From NCBI GenBank assembly GCA_051313645.2, contig JBNRSN020000086.1:2728001-2792000 (forward strand): a stretch of DNA of 64,000 bases. Reading direction: 5' to 3'. A program made the translations under genes and the position numbers. This DNA is from Centroscyllium fabricii (Eukaryota). Shown one piece after another: positions 11,901 through 23,900 of the stretch (position 1 is its first letter; each line of letters begins with the position of its first letter). The notes under the pieces are model-generated. The model worked only from the letters and a program-made list of their open reading frames with translations. It was not told the DNA's origin and did no database searches.

Positions 11901-14900
11901 AATCTACACCAGGGGTGGGCAAAATACGACCTGCAGGCAATATCTGGCCCGCTGGAGCTCGAGCTGCAAATTTGTCTTGAGTTTTGCAAGAGGGGGCTCT
12001 CGAGGAGAGCTCCCGCAGGGTTACTGCAGCCTGAACCGGGTAATTAAAAAAAATAGTTGCTGGGACTGCTGTGCTATATGTCAGGTGCCGATCTGCTTCC
12101 CTTTTGTTGCTCTAAGCTGGCCTAACATCTGTCTGTGGATCTCTCCCACTCTGGTTCCGTGAACCACTTTTCAAAATCCGTCGTTCCTCGCTGGCTGGTG
12201 GAGGCGCTGCTGCGCTTGTGCACTGGAGGCTCCTCCTCGTTGAGTCATAGCTGCTCATCTTGACGACCCTTAGTTTTACTGGAGAGAGAGAGAGCGCAGC
12301 GCTGTGTCTTTCCTCTCCCGGCGCTCGTCCCGCTCCCCGAGCCCGGCCCTCGTCCCGCTCCCCGAGCCCGGCCCTCGTCCCGCTCCCCGAGCCCGGCCCT
12401 CGTCCCGCTCCCCGAGCCCGGCCCTCGTCCCGCTCCCCGAGCCCGGCCCTCGTCCCGCTCCCCGAGCCCGGCCCTCGTCCCGCTCCCCGAGCCCGGCCCT
12501 CGTCCCGCTCCCCGAGCCCGGCCCTCGTCCCGCTCCCCGAGCCCGGCCCTCGTCCCGCTCCCCGAGCCCGGCCCTCGTCCCGCTCCCCGAGCCCGGCCCT
12601 CGTCCCGCTCCCCGAGCCCGGCCCTCGTCCCGCTCCCCGAGCCCGGCCCTCGTCCCGCTCCCCGAGCCCGGCCCTCGTCCCGCTCCCCGAGCCCGGCCCT
12701 CGTCCCGCTCCCCGAGCCCGGCCCTCGTCCCGCTCCCCGAGCCCGGCCCTCGTCCCGCTCCCCGAGCCCGGCCCTCGTCCCGCTCCCCGAGCCCGGCCCT
12801 CGTCCCGCTCCCCGAGCCCGGCCCTCGTCCCGCTCCCCGAGCCCGGCCCTCGTCCCGCTCCCCGAGCCCGGCCCTCGTCCCGCTCCCCGAGCCCGGCCCT
12901 CGTCCCGCTCCCCGAGCCCGGCCCTCGTCCCGCTCCCCGAGCCCGGCCCTCGTCCCGCTCCCCGAGCCCGGCCCTCGTCCCGCTCCCCGAGCCCGGCCCT
13001 CGTCCCGCTCCCCGAGCCCGGCCCTCGTCCCGCTCCCCGAGCCCGGCCCTCGTCCCGCTCCCCGAGCCCGGCCCTCGTCCCGCTCCCCGAGCCCGGCGCT
13101 CACCCCGCTCCCCGAGCCCGGCGCTCACCCCGCTCCCCGAGCCCGGCCCTCTCCTCGAGCCCGGCCCTCGTCCCGCTCCCCGAGCCCCGCTCTACCTAAG
13201 AAAGAGGTGCATCTTTCCTTTCCCAGTACCCAGAGTATGATGGCAGGATATTTCTCATTGCCATCTTAGACACGGGAATGGATCCCAGAGCACAAGGACT
13301 CTAGGTAATGGCAAGTGTTTGTAGGTCAGGACTGGCAATGCCTCGGGATCCCATACTCAGCACACTATAAAGGGAGCACCTCTTGCATCGTAGGCCCCGC
13401 AGACTCGAGCCATGTAGACTTAAAATCAAAGAATTGTTACAACAGGGAAGAAGGCATTTCAGTGCAATTTGTAATTGATTAATCATTTCATTCTTTCAGT
13501 AATAGAAGATTTTGCTATTTTACACTACATTTTGTGTATTTAAGATAGTACAGGTTGTGCACCGTTAATCCGGCACCCGATAATTCGGCACCTTCAGTGG
13601 TCCGGCACGAATCCCGCTGGCCGGCCCACGTGATCCCAGGGACGCTCACGATGGGCGGGCCTCTCCCCGGCAGCACCCTGCGATGCGCGGGCCTCTCCCT
13701 GGCAGCACCGGAGAGTCCCAGGACCACGAATCCCATTCCCTCACACTTTTACTGGTCTGTGCATGTGCAGCGGCCATTTTGATTGGTCTGTGCATGCGCT
13801 CCCCGAACCTTCAGTGGTTCGGCACCAGCCTGGTCCTGAGGGTGCCGGATTAACGGAACACAACCTGTATCTGACTACTATCTGAATTTGTATTTATGCA
13901 ATGTTCCCTCTAATTTTTGTGTGCGCGGTCCCTTTAAATTTTCTGCGTGTCACACACACATCTTTTCCAGTGGCAGGAGCTGGTGAGCAGCCTGCGCAGG
14001 ACATCGCGATTGGTGTACAGACACGCACCTTAGGGGGAACATTGGTGTGGGGCCCTCAACAGCTCAGTAAAACTTGTTAAGTGACCCTCCAGCCCAAATA
14101 GTTTCCCACCCCTGATCTGCACTGTCGTTCTTTAGAATATTCTTTGGAGGATTCTGATTTTGAAGGCCTGAGCGACATCACCGTTAGTTCCGTCCATACC
14201 AGTGATCTTTCCTCTTTTGACGAGGATGATGGTGAAGAGGAGGAGGGTGAAGTTCCAGCTTCTGACGGCACTGAAGAAGACCAAGAACAAAGTTCAGAAG
14301 GTACTATATCTGTCTTCAATAGCCCGTTTTTTTTTTTGCATGACTTAATGTGAGCCAATATATGAAGATAACCATGTTGGGCTGTGTAGTCAAAGGATGA
14401 TGGCATAAGTGTAAGGAGATAATTTACTCTATATTTAGTGTCCGGTTCTAGATAGCCTGCCTCCAAAAGTTAATGTTTTAGTTGTGGACCTTCAGAACTG
14501 AAAATTAATAGATAAGCAAGGGGTAAAATAATAGATGCTTTAGTCACAACTTGCTCTCTTATGATTAGAGTATTTTTCTGCTCTGTTCTTTTGTTTGTAT
14601 TTTTCAGTTTTGATATAGGGACTACACAAACCATAACCTGACTTTGCTGATGGTACTGCTGTATATTCCCAGCATTTTCTGTTTTTATTGCATGAAGGTT
14701 GTTTCACATAACTGTATAAAATTAAAGTGAGGTTGCAATACTGGTTTATAAGTTTCCTTATAAAATACTTTAAAAACACGTTAGATGCTGTAAATTCAGC
14801 TGTAAGGAGCTGCTATTGTGTTCTTGATGATCTGCTGAAAGGAATTTTTCGAGTTACCACCTTCGTTATTTTATCTTTAATTATTACTTCCTCCCAATAA

Positions 14901-17900
14901 CAATTTTTTTCTTTCTGGTTATAACTTTAGGCTCACTTAGGTTGCAGAAGCCATTTAATGCCTTACACACTTTGTGCTTCAATTCACCGTTTGGGTTAAA
15001 ATAGCAGAAAAGTTTTGCTAATACGAAAGTCTTTAAGTAAACGTTGCATCGCAAACAATTTAAATCTAGAAACCACTGGTTGCTTTGAAGAATACAGCTT
15101 TGGCGTATAAATATGTAGAACATTTTGTATCTTAAGTATTTCTCTTGTCATCAACTCCGGTAAATACTTCAGAGCAGTTATCTAAATTGTTTTCAGAATG
15201 ACTGACCAAATTAAAAAAAATCTGGCTTCCTTGGTTTTTGGAATAAGTGAGAAAATTACGGGGGAGACTCCAGAAATTATATTTTTATTGATTATCACCA
15301 AAACTATATAGTGATGATGATGAGTTGGAAGCTAGAGTATTGCTGTATTCAGCTGCTCAGTGGAAGTGAAATGTGACTTTATAGCATTAATTGAAAACAA
15401 AAGCAAAATTATTTAGCTGGGGGGATACACAGCTGCTCAAAATGTTGTTTTTGCAAAGTAGCTCTTTAGTTTGTAGGTTTATTTTTAGTCAGTGCCAATA
15501 GATCTCTCGTCCTGTTGCTCACAGTGCGCCGTCTATCTTCTTGACCTTTCTGCCTCTCTGATTCTGCCCTTCTGATGTGTCTGTCTCTGTGTTCCGTGTG
15601 TCCCTAATCTGTCTTTACTTTTATTTCTTAGTGCAATGGTTGCATGTCTGTGATGTTATTTCTCTTTAATGATCTTTCTTTGAAGCAATCTCTTCTTGCC
15701 ATCTGTGTGATTTATTAACATAATCTGATTGTGTTTTATTCTGCTGAATATCTTTGATATGGTTCTTTATTTGTGTTTTTGATAGGTGTGTAGATTTGTG
15801 TGCTGTCTTTTCATGTTATTTCCACTGATTTCTCCACCTGTGTGTATGACTTGTATTTCTACTTTTGCTTCTCTGCTTCTGTCTCAAGTTGTATTTCTGG
15901 TGCTACATTTTCTTTCTTTGTGTCTGTATATCTTGACCTGTTTGTGATCATGTTTGTGCAAAGTGTGTATTTCCTGATATTTCTCTTCAATTTATTCCTG
16001 CATCTGTGTTTTGTTGGGTGTGTTTTTGGCAGCATGAGGTGTCTTGTGTCTGTCTGCCATACCTTTGTATGAGACTCCAGTCCTGTCTTATTTTAGGCTG
16101 ATTTTTCACTGTAGCGCTGCAGGGCACTGGGGTCCTGCACCCCATGTATTTGTTCTGTTGGGACAGTGAGCGTGGAAGGGCAGAAGCAGGCTGCAGGGGA
16201 AAAAAATTAAGTGCCATTTATTGCTGAAGAATGGGTGGCAGAGCCGGGCTAGGAGCAATGGGGGAAGGGAAGAAGGCCTCAGAGTGCAGTGGTGTGCTGA
16301 AAAAATAATTGAAGTGGCCATGAGGGCCAAAGAGAAGGTGATGGAGCAGAGCCAAGGGGGGAGTGATAAGATCAAGTGAGGCCATAGAGCGCAGCGGAGT
16401 ATGGGAGGCAACAGCAGCCAACGGGTGACCCCATAATCAAGTCTGATTCTGTCTTAATCTGCTATCCACAGGTGTAGAGGTCAAACCAACGTCACTAATA
16501 ACAATCAGGAGCAGAACATAGCCAACCTCCTGTCCATAACCTAGATGGTTTGAGTCTATTTGTGGTGGGCTTTTTTCTGCCTTGGCTTAGATAAAGTAAC
16601 CCCTCACAGACTGCTGATTGAACATGGACCTTCTGGTCTGCATGGTTCAGATACTTGCTGGGTAAACCTGTTGAGTCATCAGGAGATTTTTTTTCAAAGA
16701 TCTTTTAACTCTTTGCCATATTGCTCACCATCTCCTGATGGAGAAGCTAGCCTGCTGTTACTGCTGCATGTTAAGATCCTTAGAGGAAATAATCTGATTC
16801 CCATTGACATTGAAAACTTGTTAGGACATGTCCGTGTGATGATGATTCAGTCACTTTGTGGTGCAGTTCATTAGACCGTTAACATCCTTAAAGGAAAGAG
16901 CTGTTACCCATTAAATCTTAGTTTAGAAGGCAGCCATTTGACCCATCTTGCCTCTGCTGAGTTTTTTTCAAAGGAAAATAAGAGTTTTATAACCCTATAT
17001 AACATGGTATTCGAGAAAATTCTTGATGGAGAATACTATATAAACAGTGAAATACACAATTAAACAATATTTTTGCTGATTTGATACTGACTAAATAAAC
17101 TGGCAATGTTTCAGTATTTCTTGTAGTAAAAAGGTTACATATAAGTCTTCAATAACAAACTTATTTAAGAAGCTTAATGTGAAACTAACTGTATACATAT
17201 GTACAATGTCTCTCCACTCAAAAACCATCTATTGAGTTGGTTGTGAACTTTAAGCAGTCAGACTGTTGAATGTACAATTGTGTCAATGGAAACCAAAAGG
17301 GCATGAATATTGAAAATGTAGCATACTGTATTAAAAAAAACATCCATTTACACATTAAATAGTGCTAGTTTAGCTCATTAGGAGGTTTAATTTAATGTGG
17401 CATCAATGTACTTGAATAAAGAACTTGTGGCATAATAACACAGTGCATTTTAGAGAGGCTGTATCAGTAATCACACACATAAGAAAGCTGCCATTGTCAG
17501 AAATTAGTCCAGTGTATGAGAAGAAGTCGTTTCAAGGTGCGTTAAAAGCAAATGAATAACTTGAGATCACAAGTCAGCAGCTAGGGAACACATGAAATTC
17601 GGTAGGGACCACGCGGTCTTCAGCTCACCCACTCAAACAAAGTCTGGTGAATGTGTTAAATCAGGTGAAAGTCTAATAAAATACAGTAGAGTGATGCTTG
17701 CTGTTGAACCCATCTTATGAGTACAGTATATTGGACTAAAAAACTGCTGGGGTCAGGCAGCTGAAGCCAAAATATAGTGAAGTATTTTGGGCAGGAAAAA
17801 GCCAGGTTTTGATTAAATAATTACTTTTATTTAGAAAAAGATACCAATTTGGAAACAAACGAGGAAGAGCAAAAGGAAGGCAATGTGAAACCTGGACGAC

Positions 17901-20900
17901 ATCCATACGTCCACAAACCGTTTCTATATTCGAAGTACTATAGTGATTCAGATGATGAAGAAACTGTAGTTCAGCGTCGACAGTCGATCGTAAGTTAGAA
18001 CTCCTGTGACTGCTTTAAAAGTTTAGTCTTTGAATCTCAGGGTGGGTTACAAGAAATGCTTGACATTTGTATTGTAATTTTGTGGTACTGGTATATAGGA
18101 AATTGGCTTGGTGAAATTACTGGGTCTGGCAATGTGCAAGCTCAGTTTTTGCAGACCTTGAATACTTCACTAATTTACCATTTTATCCATATGGTAATTC
18201 AACTCTTTCACTGCCAAGTTAATAATTCTCTGAGCCAGTTTCTTTGTTACCAGGGATTGCAATGTAATATCTGTGTTCGGGTGACAGTTATGAGTTGCTT
18301 GATCTCCACTCCTGGTCTGTGACCTATTTCCGGTTGCATAACTGAGAAATATTTGGAGAGGAATGCCTAGATGCTAATCTGGGATTGTGTAAACTGAAGT
18401 AAAAGAGCTAAGATTGAAATAGATGTTTGTTCATACCAATATCACAATTTCTGGAACCTGTTAAATCGTACCAGGTATATTTAATTCAGAACTCATTTAT
18501 TGTTGAGTTTCACGCTCACAAGGAAGCAGCATTATTAGTTTCATCTTTGCAGATATGGAATGCAAGTCCATATCCATCCATAATCGAACACCTTGTTCTG
18601 TCTACTTACTGTGCAAGGTATGAATCATATATAGCTTTTGCTCGTGCAAGCAAGCACCAAAATATCTAAACAGAAGATAATAACCAGACGACAAACATAA
18701 CAAGTGCTGGTATGAACAGAGTTTTGATGAGGGAACAATAGAATTAGCTGGCAGTTCACAGCCAACACACACAGCGATATAAAATAACAACAGAAAATGC
18801 TGGAAGCACTCAGCAGGTCAGGCATCATCCGCGGAGAGAGAAGCAGGTCAGGCATCATCCGTGGAGAGAGAAACAGAGTTACATTTCAGATCTGTGACCC
18901 TTCGTCAGGTCACAGACCTGAAACGTTAACTCTGCTTCTCTCTTCATGGATGCTGCCTGATCTGCTCAGTGTTTACAGCATTTTCTGTTATTTTAGGTTT
19001 CCAGCATCCACAGTATTTTGCTATTATACAGATAGCTATGTGTCGGGTCTGCCAGGTAGAAGGTTTCACAGTAACGTTGTGATGCTTTTACCATCTGTTT
19101 ACATTAGGCAAAAGAAAAAGCAGAACGGTTACTCAGGCGGCAGTGGAACAGGGAAAGGGTAGCGGAGAAGCACAGGCATGTGGAAACTGAAAAAGGCAGA
19201 CCACCAGAAGAGACTACGAGGGATGAAAAATATCTCCAAACACTAGAAAAAGGTAGTTAAGTCTTGAGTTCAAAGCTGCAAAGCGAGGTAATTGCTATGT
19301 ATTTACCCCATCACATTTTTAATGGGTATAGCGTGTTCCCTAACAGTTAAGTCTAAATTTGTTTTTTCTAACTATAAAGCTTTCAGCCAAGTTACAATCT
19401 ATATGGTCAGAATTGAAAGATTTCTTTTCCTCCAGAATGTGCACCTTCCCACACTCATTTGCCTGCCCCCTTATTAGAGAACTTCCTCCACACACCAGCC
19501 TCTGAAACTAATAACCCAAATAGTCTGGCTGAAGGTTTTGCAATACGTTTGAGTGCCCCTTCCAGTGTTGAAAACATATACAGGTACACAATCCTTTATC
19601 GGAAAACCGTGGGACCGGACGGTTCTCGGATTTCGGATATTTTCGGTTTTCGGAATGGTCGCATTAACATTAATATTTCTGCAGCGAACCTTGTGAATAT
19701 TCACAAAAAGTGGGATAAATAAAGACTATAAGCAGTTTATAAATACTCTAGTAAAGTTTATTTGTAAAAATATGGGCGATCAGCCGTCGGGTGCCGGGAG
19801 CATCGAGGCCGTCGGGTGCCGGGAGTATCGGGGCCTGCGTGGCCGGGAGCATCGGGGACTGCGTGGCCCGAGCGCCGGGTCATATTTCGCGCGCAACTCG
19901 GGTCATTTGTAATTTCGGTTTTCGGAGTCGCAGATAAAGGATTGTGTACCTGTACTGCCCTTGCTGGTTATTTAGCACTGTATGGATGTCAATTTACTGT
20001 CCTGCCGATCGAGATTTGCTAGTTATCATTTGCATTACTTGATGCTGTTAGTTTGAACAGATTATTTCTTTGTCAGTGCTGCTTTCCTCTTAGGCATGTA
20101 GATGTTTGTCCAATTCCACCAATCACAAACCTGTGCAAACAGGATATTTTAGAATGTTTAGAGCTTTTCTTTTAAATGGAATTAGGCAATGGATTTGCAT
20201 GCTCTTAGCTGAGAAGCCAATGTGAGATTTTATAGGCTAAGAACTAGGATTTGATCCTTTTTCATTTGTGATTCTTCAATGTCTATTTATGCCTGCATAA
20301 ATGTTAAATTTTGTGATGCAAGATCTTAGTGAGGCTTATTTCTTTAAAATGCCTGAAGATTGAATCTTAATTATTTTTTATACTCCTCTCTACCTTAATT
20401 TTTATTCCAGGTATTAACAGTAATTTAGATGTTGAAATGAATTCAAGGAAAATGCAGCAACCAACAGCCCTAATTTCAAAATTAAACAAAGCAACCTTGA
20501 AAGAACAAAAAGTCTTGGAGAAAAAAGTAGCGTTAAGAAGAAAAAGAAAAGGAGATTCAAGGTATAATAATTCTTATAACACTGCTTATGAGCGAGCTTG
20601 TTTAGGTAAATTATATTTCCTTAAGCAGCTGATAAAACAGCTCATCAAATGCTTAGACATAGTTGGTAAAAAGCCAAAAAGTTTGACCAGGTCATTCCAA
20701 TAATTGGGACAAACAACACTGTCCCTCCTTTTTAAAAAAAAGTGTCTCTGAATCAGGCTTTAAACTGATCAGAGACTAACTTTTAAAGATGTAAATCACG
20801 CCATTAGGAAACATGGAGTATTGGAGGCACAAAGGAAAGGTTGGTAAGAATGCAGAATTCTAGTTCGAAATATAAAGTTACAATAGTAAAAATAGATCAC

Positions 20901-23900
20901 AGATTGGCCGTAAAAGGAAAATAATCTGCTGAGGGCAGAAGTAAAATTGGAAAAGGTTTAATTTTTAGTTTGGGAATTATTTTAATGTATAATTTAATAG
21001 TTCAAGAATTACAGTATTAAGCTGCTCCTTGCACCTGCACAGCATTGTTACTGTAATGCAGTTTTTCCACCGTGCACGGAAATGGCTTTAAAACGTCTGC
21101 TGCTGAGATCTCCGAACTTGCTGAAGTTCTGAGAGAAGCGTACACACCTGAAACACTAACTTACTGAATCTCTCCACAGACACTTACTGAGCTGAAGAGT
21201 GTTTACAGCATTTCCTATGTTTTGTTTGATATCCAGCACCTGCAATTCTTTGCTTTTTATTTATATTGATTTACTACCCCTCTTCCAGTTTACTGTTATG
21301 GTCCAATACTGATGAGACTTTTTTAATTGCCATGTGGTGTTAGCCATTTAGATTTTCTTTTTAAATAGACTTCTCAGTTTTAAAAATAAAATGGCAGAAT
21401 GGAACTTGTTTTGCATGTTTATTTGACTCTCATTCCTCGATCGCTTGTCTCCCTTGGCCACATACTATCTTTGGCCGAAAAGCGAATGAGTGTCTTTAAA
21501 AAAAAATTGTGATGATGTATATCATCTGTTTTAATGTCATTTTTTTCTGGCATTCCTCGGCAACGCTCCAACTGAAGTTGAGGAAGGGCTGCCAAGCACA
21601 TTTGTTGTTCTTCGGCTGAGTGCTAGATGTTTGAGTGGCCTGCAACAAATCTTCCACATTGATGTAACTAAGATTGACAGCTCAGTGGTGTTAGGCAGGG
21701 GTCCTCAACCTTTTTGGCTCCGCGGCCCATTTTGAGGTTCGCAATTTTTTTCGGGGGGGAGGGGGGGAGAGTGCTGGCGGAGATTTTTGGACTGACCGGG
21801 GGGTGCTGCCGGAGATTTTTAGACTGACCGGCAGGGGTGCTGTCTTCCGTCTGTGCCTCGTCTTCCGTTGGCGAATGATCGGCGCATGCGCCGATTCACA
21901 GACCCTGCCACGGCCCGTCGGCAATTGACCTGCGCATGCGCCGATTCGCAGATCAATTGCCGACGGGCCGCGGCAGGGTCTGTGAATCGGCGCATGCGCC
22001 GATCATTCGCCGACGGGCCGCGGCAGGGTCTGTGAATCGGCGCATTCGCCGACGGGCCACGGCAGGGTCTGTGAATCGGCGCATGCGCCGATCATTCGTC
22101 GATGGTCCGCGGCAGGGTCTGTGAATCGGCGCTTGCGCGGATTCTCAGAACCTTCCGCGGACCGGTAAAACTGTCCCGCGGACCGGCGGTTGGGGAACAC
22201 TGGTGTTAGGGACTGCAGATACAAAACCCATGTCCCATCATTCACATGTGCTGTGGTCAATGTGCCCTGGTTTTAGAAACATAGAAGATAGGAGCAGGAG
22301 TAGGCCATTTGGCCCCTCGAGACTGTCCCGCCATTCAATGTGATCATGGCTGAAAATCCAAATTCAGTACCCTGTCCCTGCTTTCTCCCCATATCCCTTG
22401 ATCCCTTTAGCCTTAAGAAATATATCCAACTCTTTCTCAAATATATTTAATAAATTGGCCCCTACTGCCTTCTGTGGCAGAGAATTCCACAGGTTCACCA
22501 CTCTCTGGGTGACGAAATTCCTCCTCATCTCTCTCCTAAATGACTTACCCCTTATCCTTATCCTTAGACTGTGACCCCTGGTTCTGGACTCCCCCGCCAT
22601 CGGGAGCATCCTTCCTGCATCTAATCTGTCCAGTCCTGTTAGAATTTTATAAGTTTCAATGAGATCCCCTCTCATTCTTCTAAACTCCAGCGAGTACAAG
22701 CCCAATCGACCCAATCTCTCCTCATACGTCATTCCTGCCATCCCAGGTATCAGCCTGGTGAATCTTTACTGCACTCCTTCCATGGCAAGAACATCCTCAG
22801 ATAAGGTGACCAAAACTGCACACAATACTCAAGATGAGGTCTCACCAAGGCCCTGTACAACTGCAGCAAGCCATCCTTGTTCCTGTACTCAATCCCTCTC
22901 GCTACGAAGGCCAACATACCATTTGCCTTCTTCACCGCCTGCTGCACCTGCATGCTTACCTTCAGCGACTGGTGCACAAGGACGTCCAGGTCTCGTTGCA
23001 CTTCCTTCTCCCAATCTATTGCCATTCAGATAATCTGCCGTCTTCTTTTTGACACCAAAGTGGATAACCTCGCATTTATCCACGTTATATTGCATCTGCC
23101 ATGCTTCTGCCCAATCACCCAACCTGTCCAAATCATACTGAAGTTTCTCGGCATCCTCCTCACAGCACCCACGCCCACCTAGCTTTGTGTCATCTGCAAA
23201 CTTGGAGATATTACATCTAGTTCCCTCATCCAGATCATTAATATATGTGAATAGTTGGGGTCCAAGGACCGATCCCTGTGGTACTCCACTCGTCACTGCC
23301 TGCCACTCGGAAAAAGCCGTTTATTCCAACTCTTTGCTTCCTGTCTGCCAACCAGTTCTCTATCCAAGTCAATACCTTGCCCCTAATCCCATGTGCCTTA
23401 ACTTTACACGCTAATCTCTTATACAGGACCTTATCAAAAGCCTTTTGAAAGTCCCAAGTACACCACATCCACTGGTTCTCCCTTATCTATTTTACCAGTT
23501 ACATCCTCAAAAAATTCCAGTAGATTAGTCAAGCACGATTTACCTTTTGTAAATCCATGTTGACTTTGTCCGATCCGGTCACTATTTTCCAAGTACTCAG
23601 CTATTACATCTTTTATAATGGACTCTAGCATTTTCCCCACTCCCGATGTCAGGCTTTCAGGTCTGTAATTGCCCGTTATCTCTCTACCACCTTTTTCAAA
23701 CAGTGGGGTAACATTGGCTACCCTCCAATCCATGTGAACTGTTCCAGAGTCTATCTGCATTCTTCATATGGAAATTTAAGTTATTGTAATACTTTAAATT
23801 GGAAAATAAACAGAATAATGAAAATTTTACATGTAGTTACAGTACATGGTTTTATAGTCCACTTTATTATCCATATTTTTCAGAACTGTATCAGAGGAAG

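Larger units (their letters stand above)
11910..14114. mobile_element. hAT (Charlie-like) non-autonomous element carrying a minisatellite and nested elements
   Basis: TIR CAGGGGTGGGCAAA / GTTTCCCACCCCTG; 8-bp flanks ATCTACAC (11902-11909) and ATCTGCAC (14115-14122), 7/8 identical. Confidence 0.75.

Noticed and set aside
12112-13269. Four long ORFs (275-338 aa) on both strands
   Set aside because: Artefacts of the stop-free 25-bp GC-rich minisatellite; no splice or homology support.
14608-14652. Extra BOD1L1-like micro-exon
   Set aside because: Both candidate acceptors give an in-frame stop in the required phase, and the flanking exons already join in frame.
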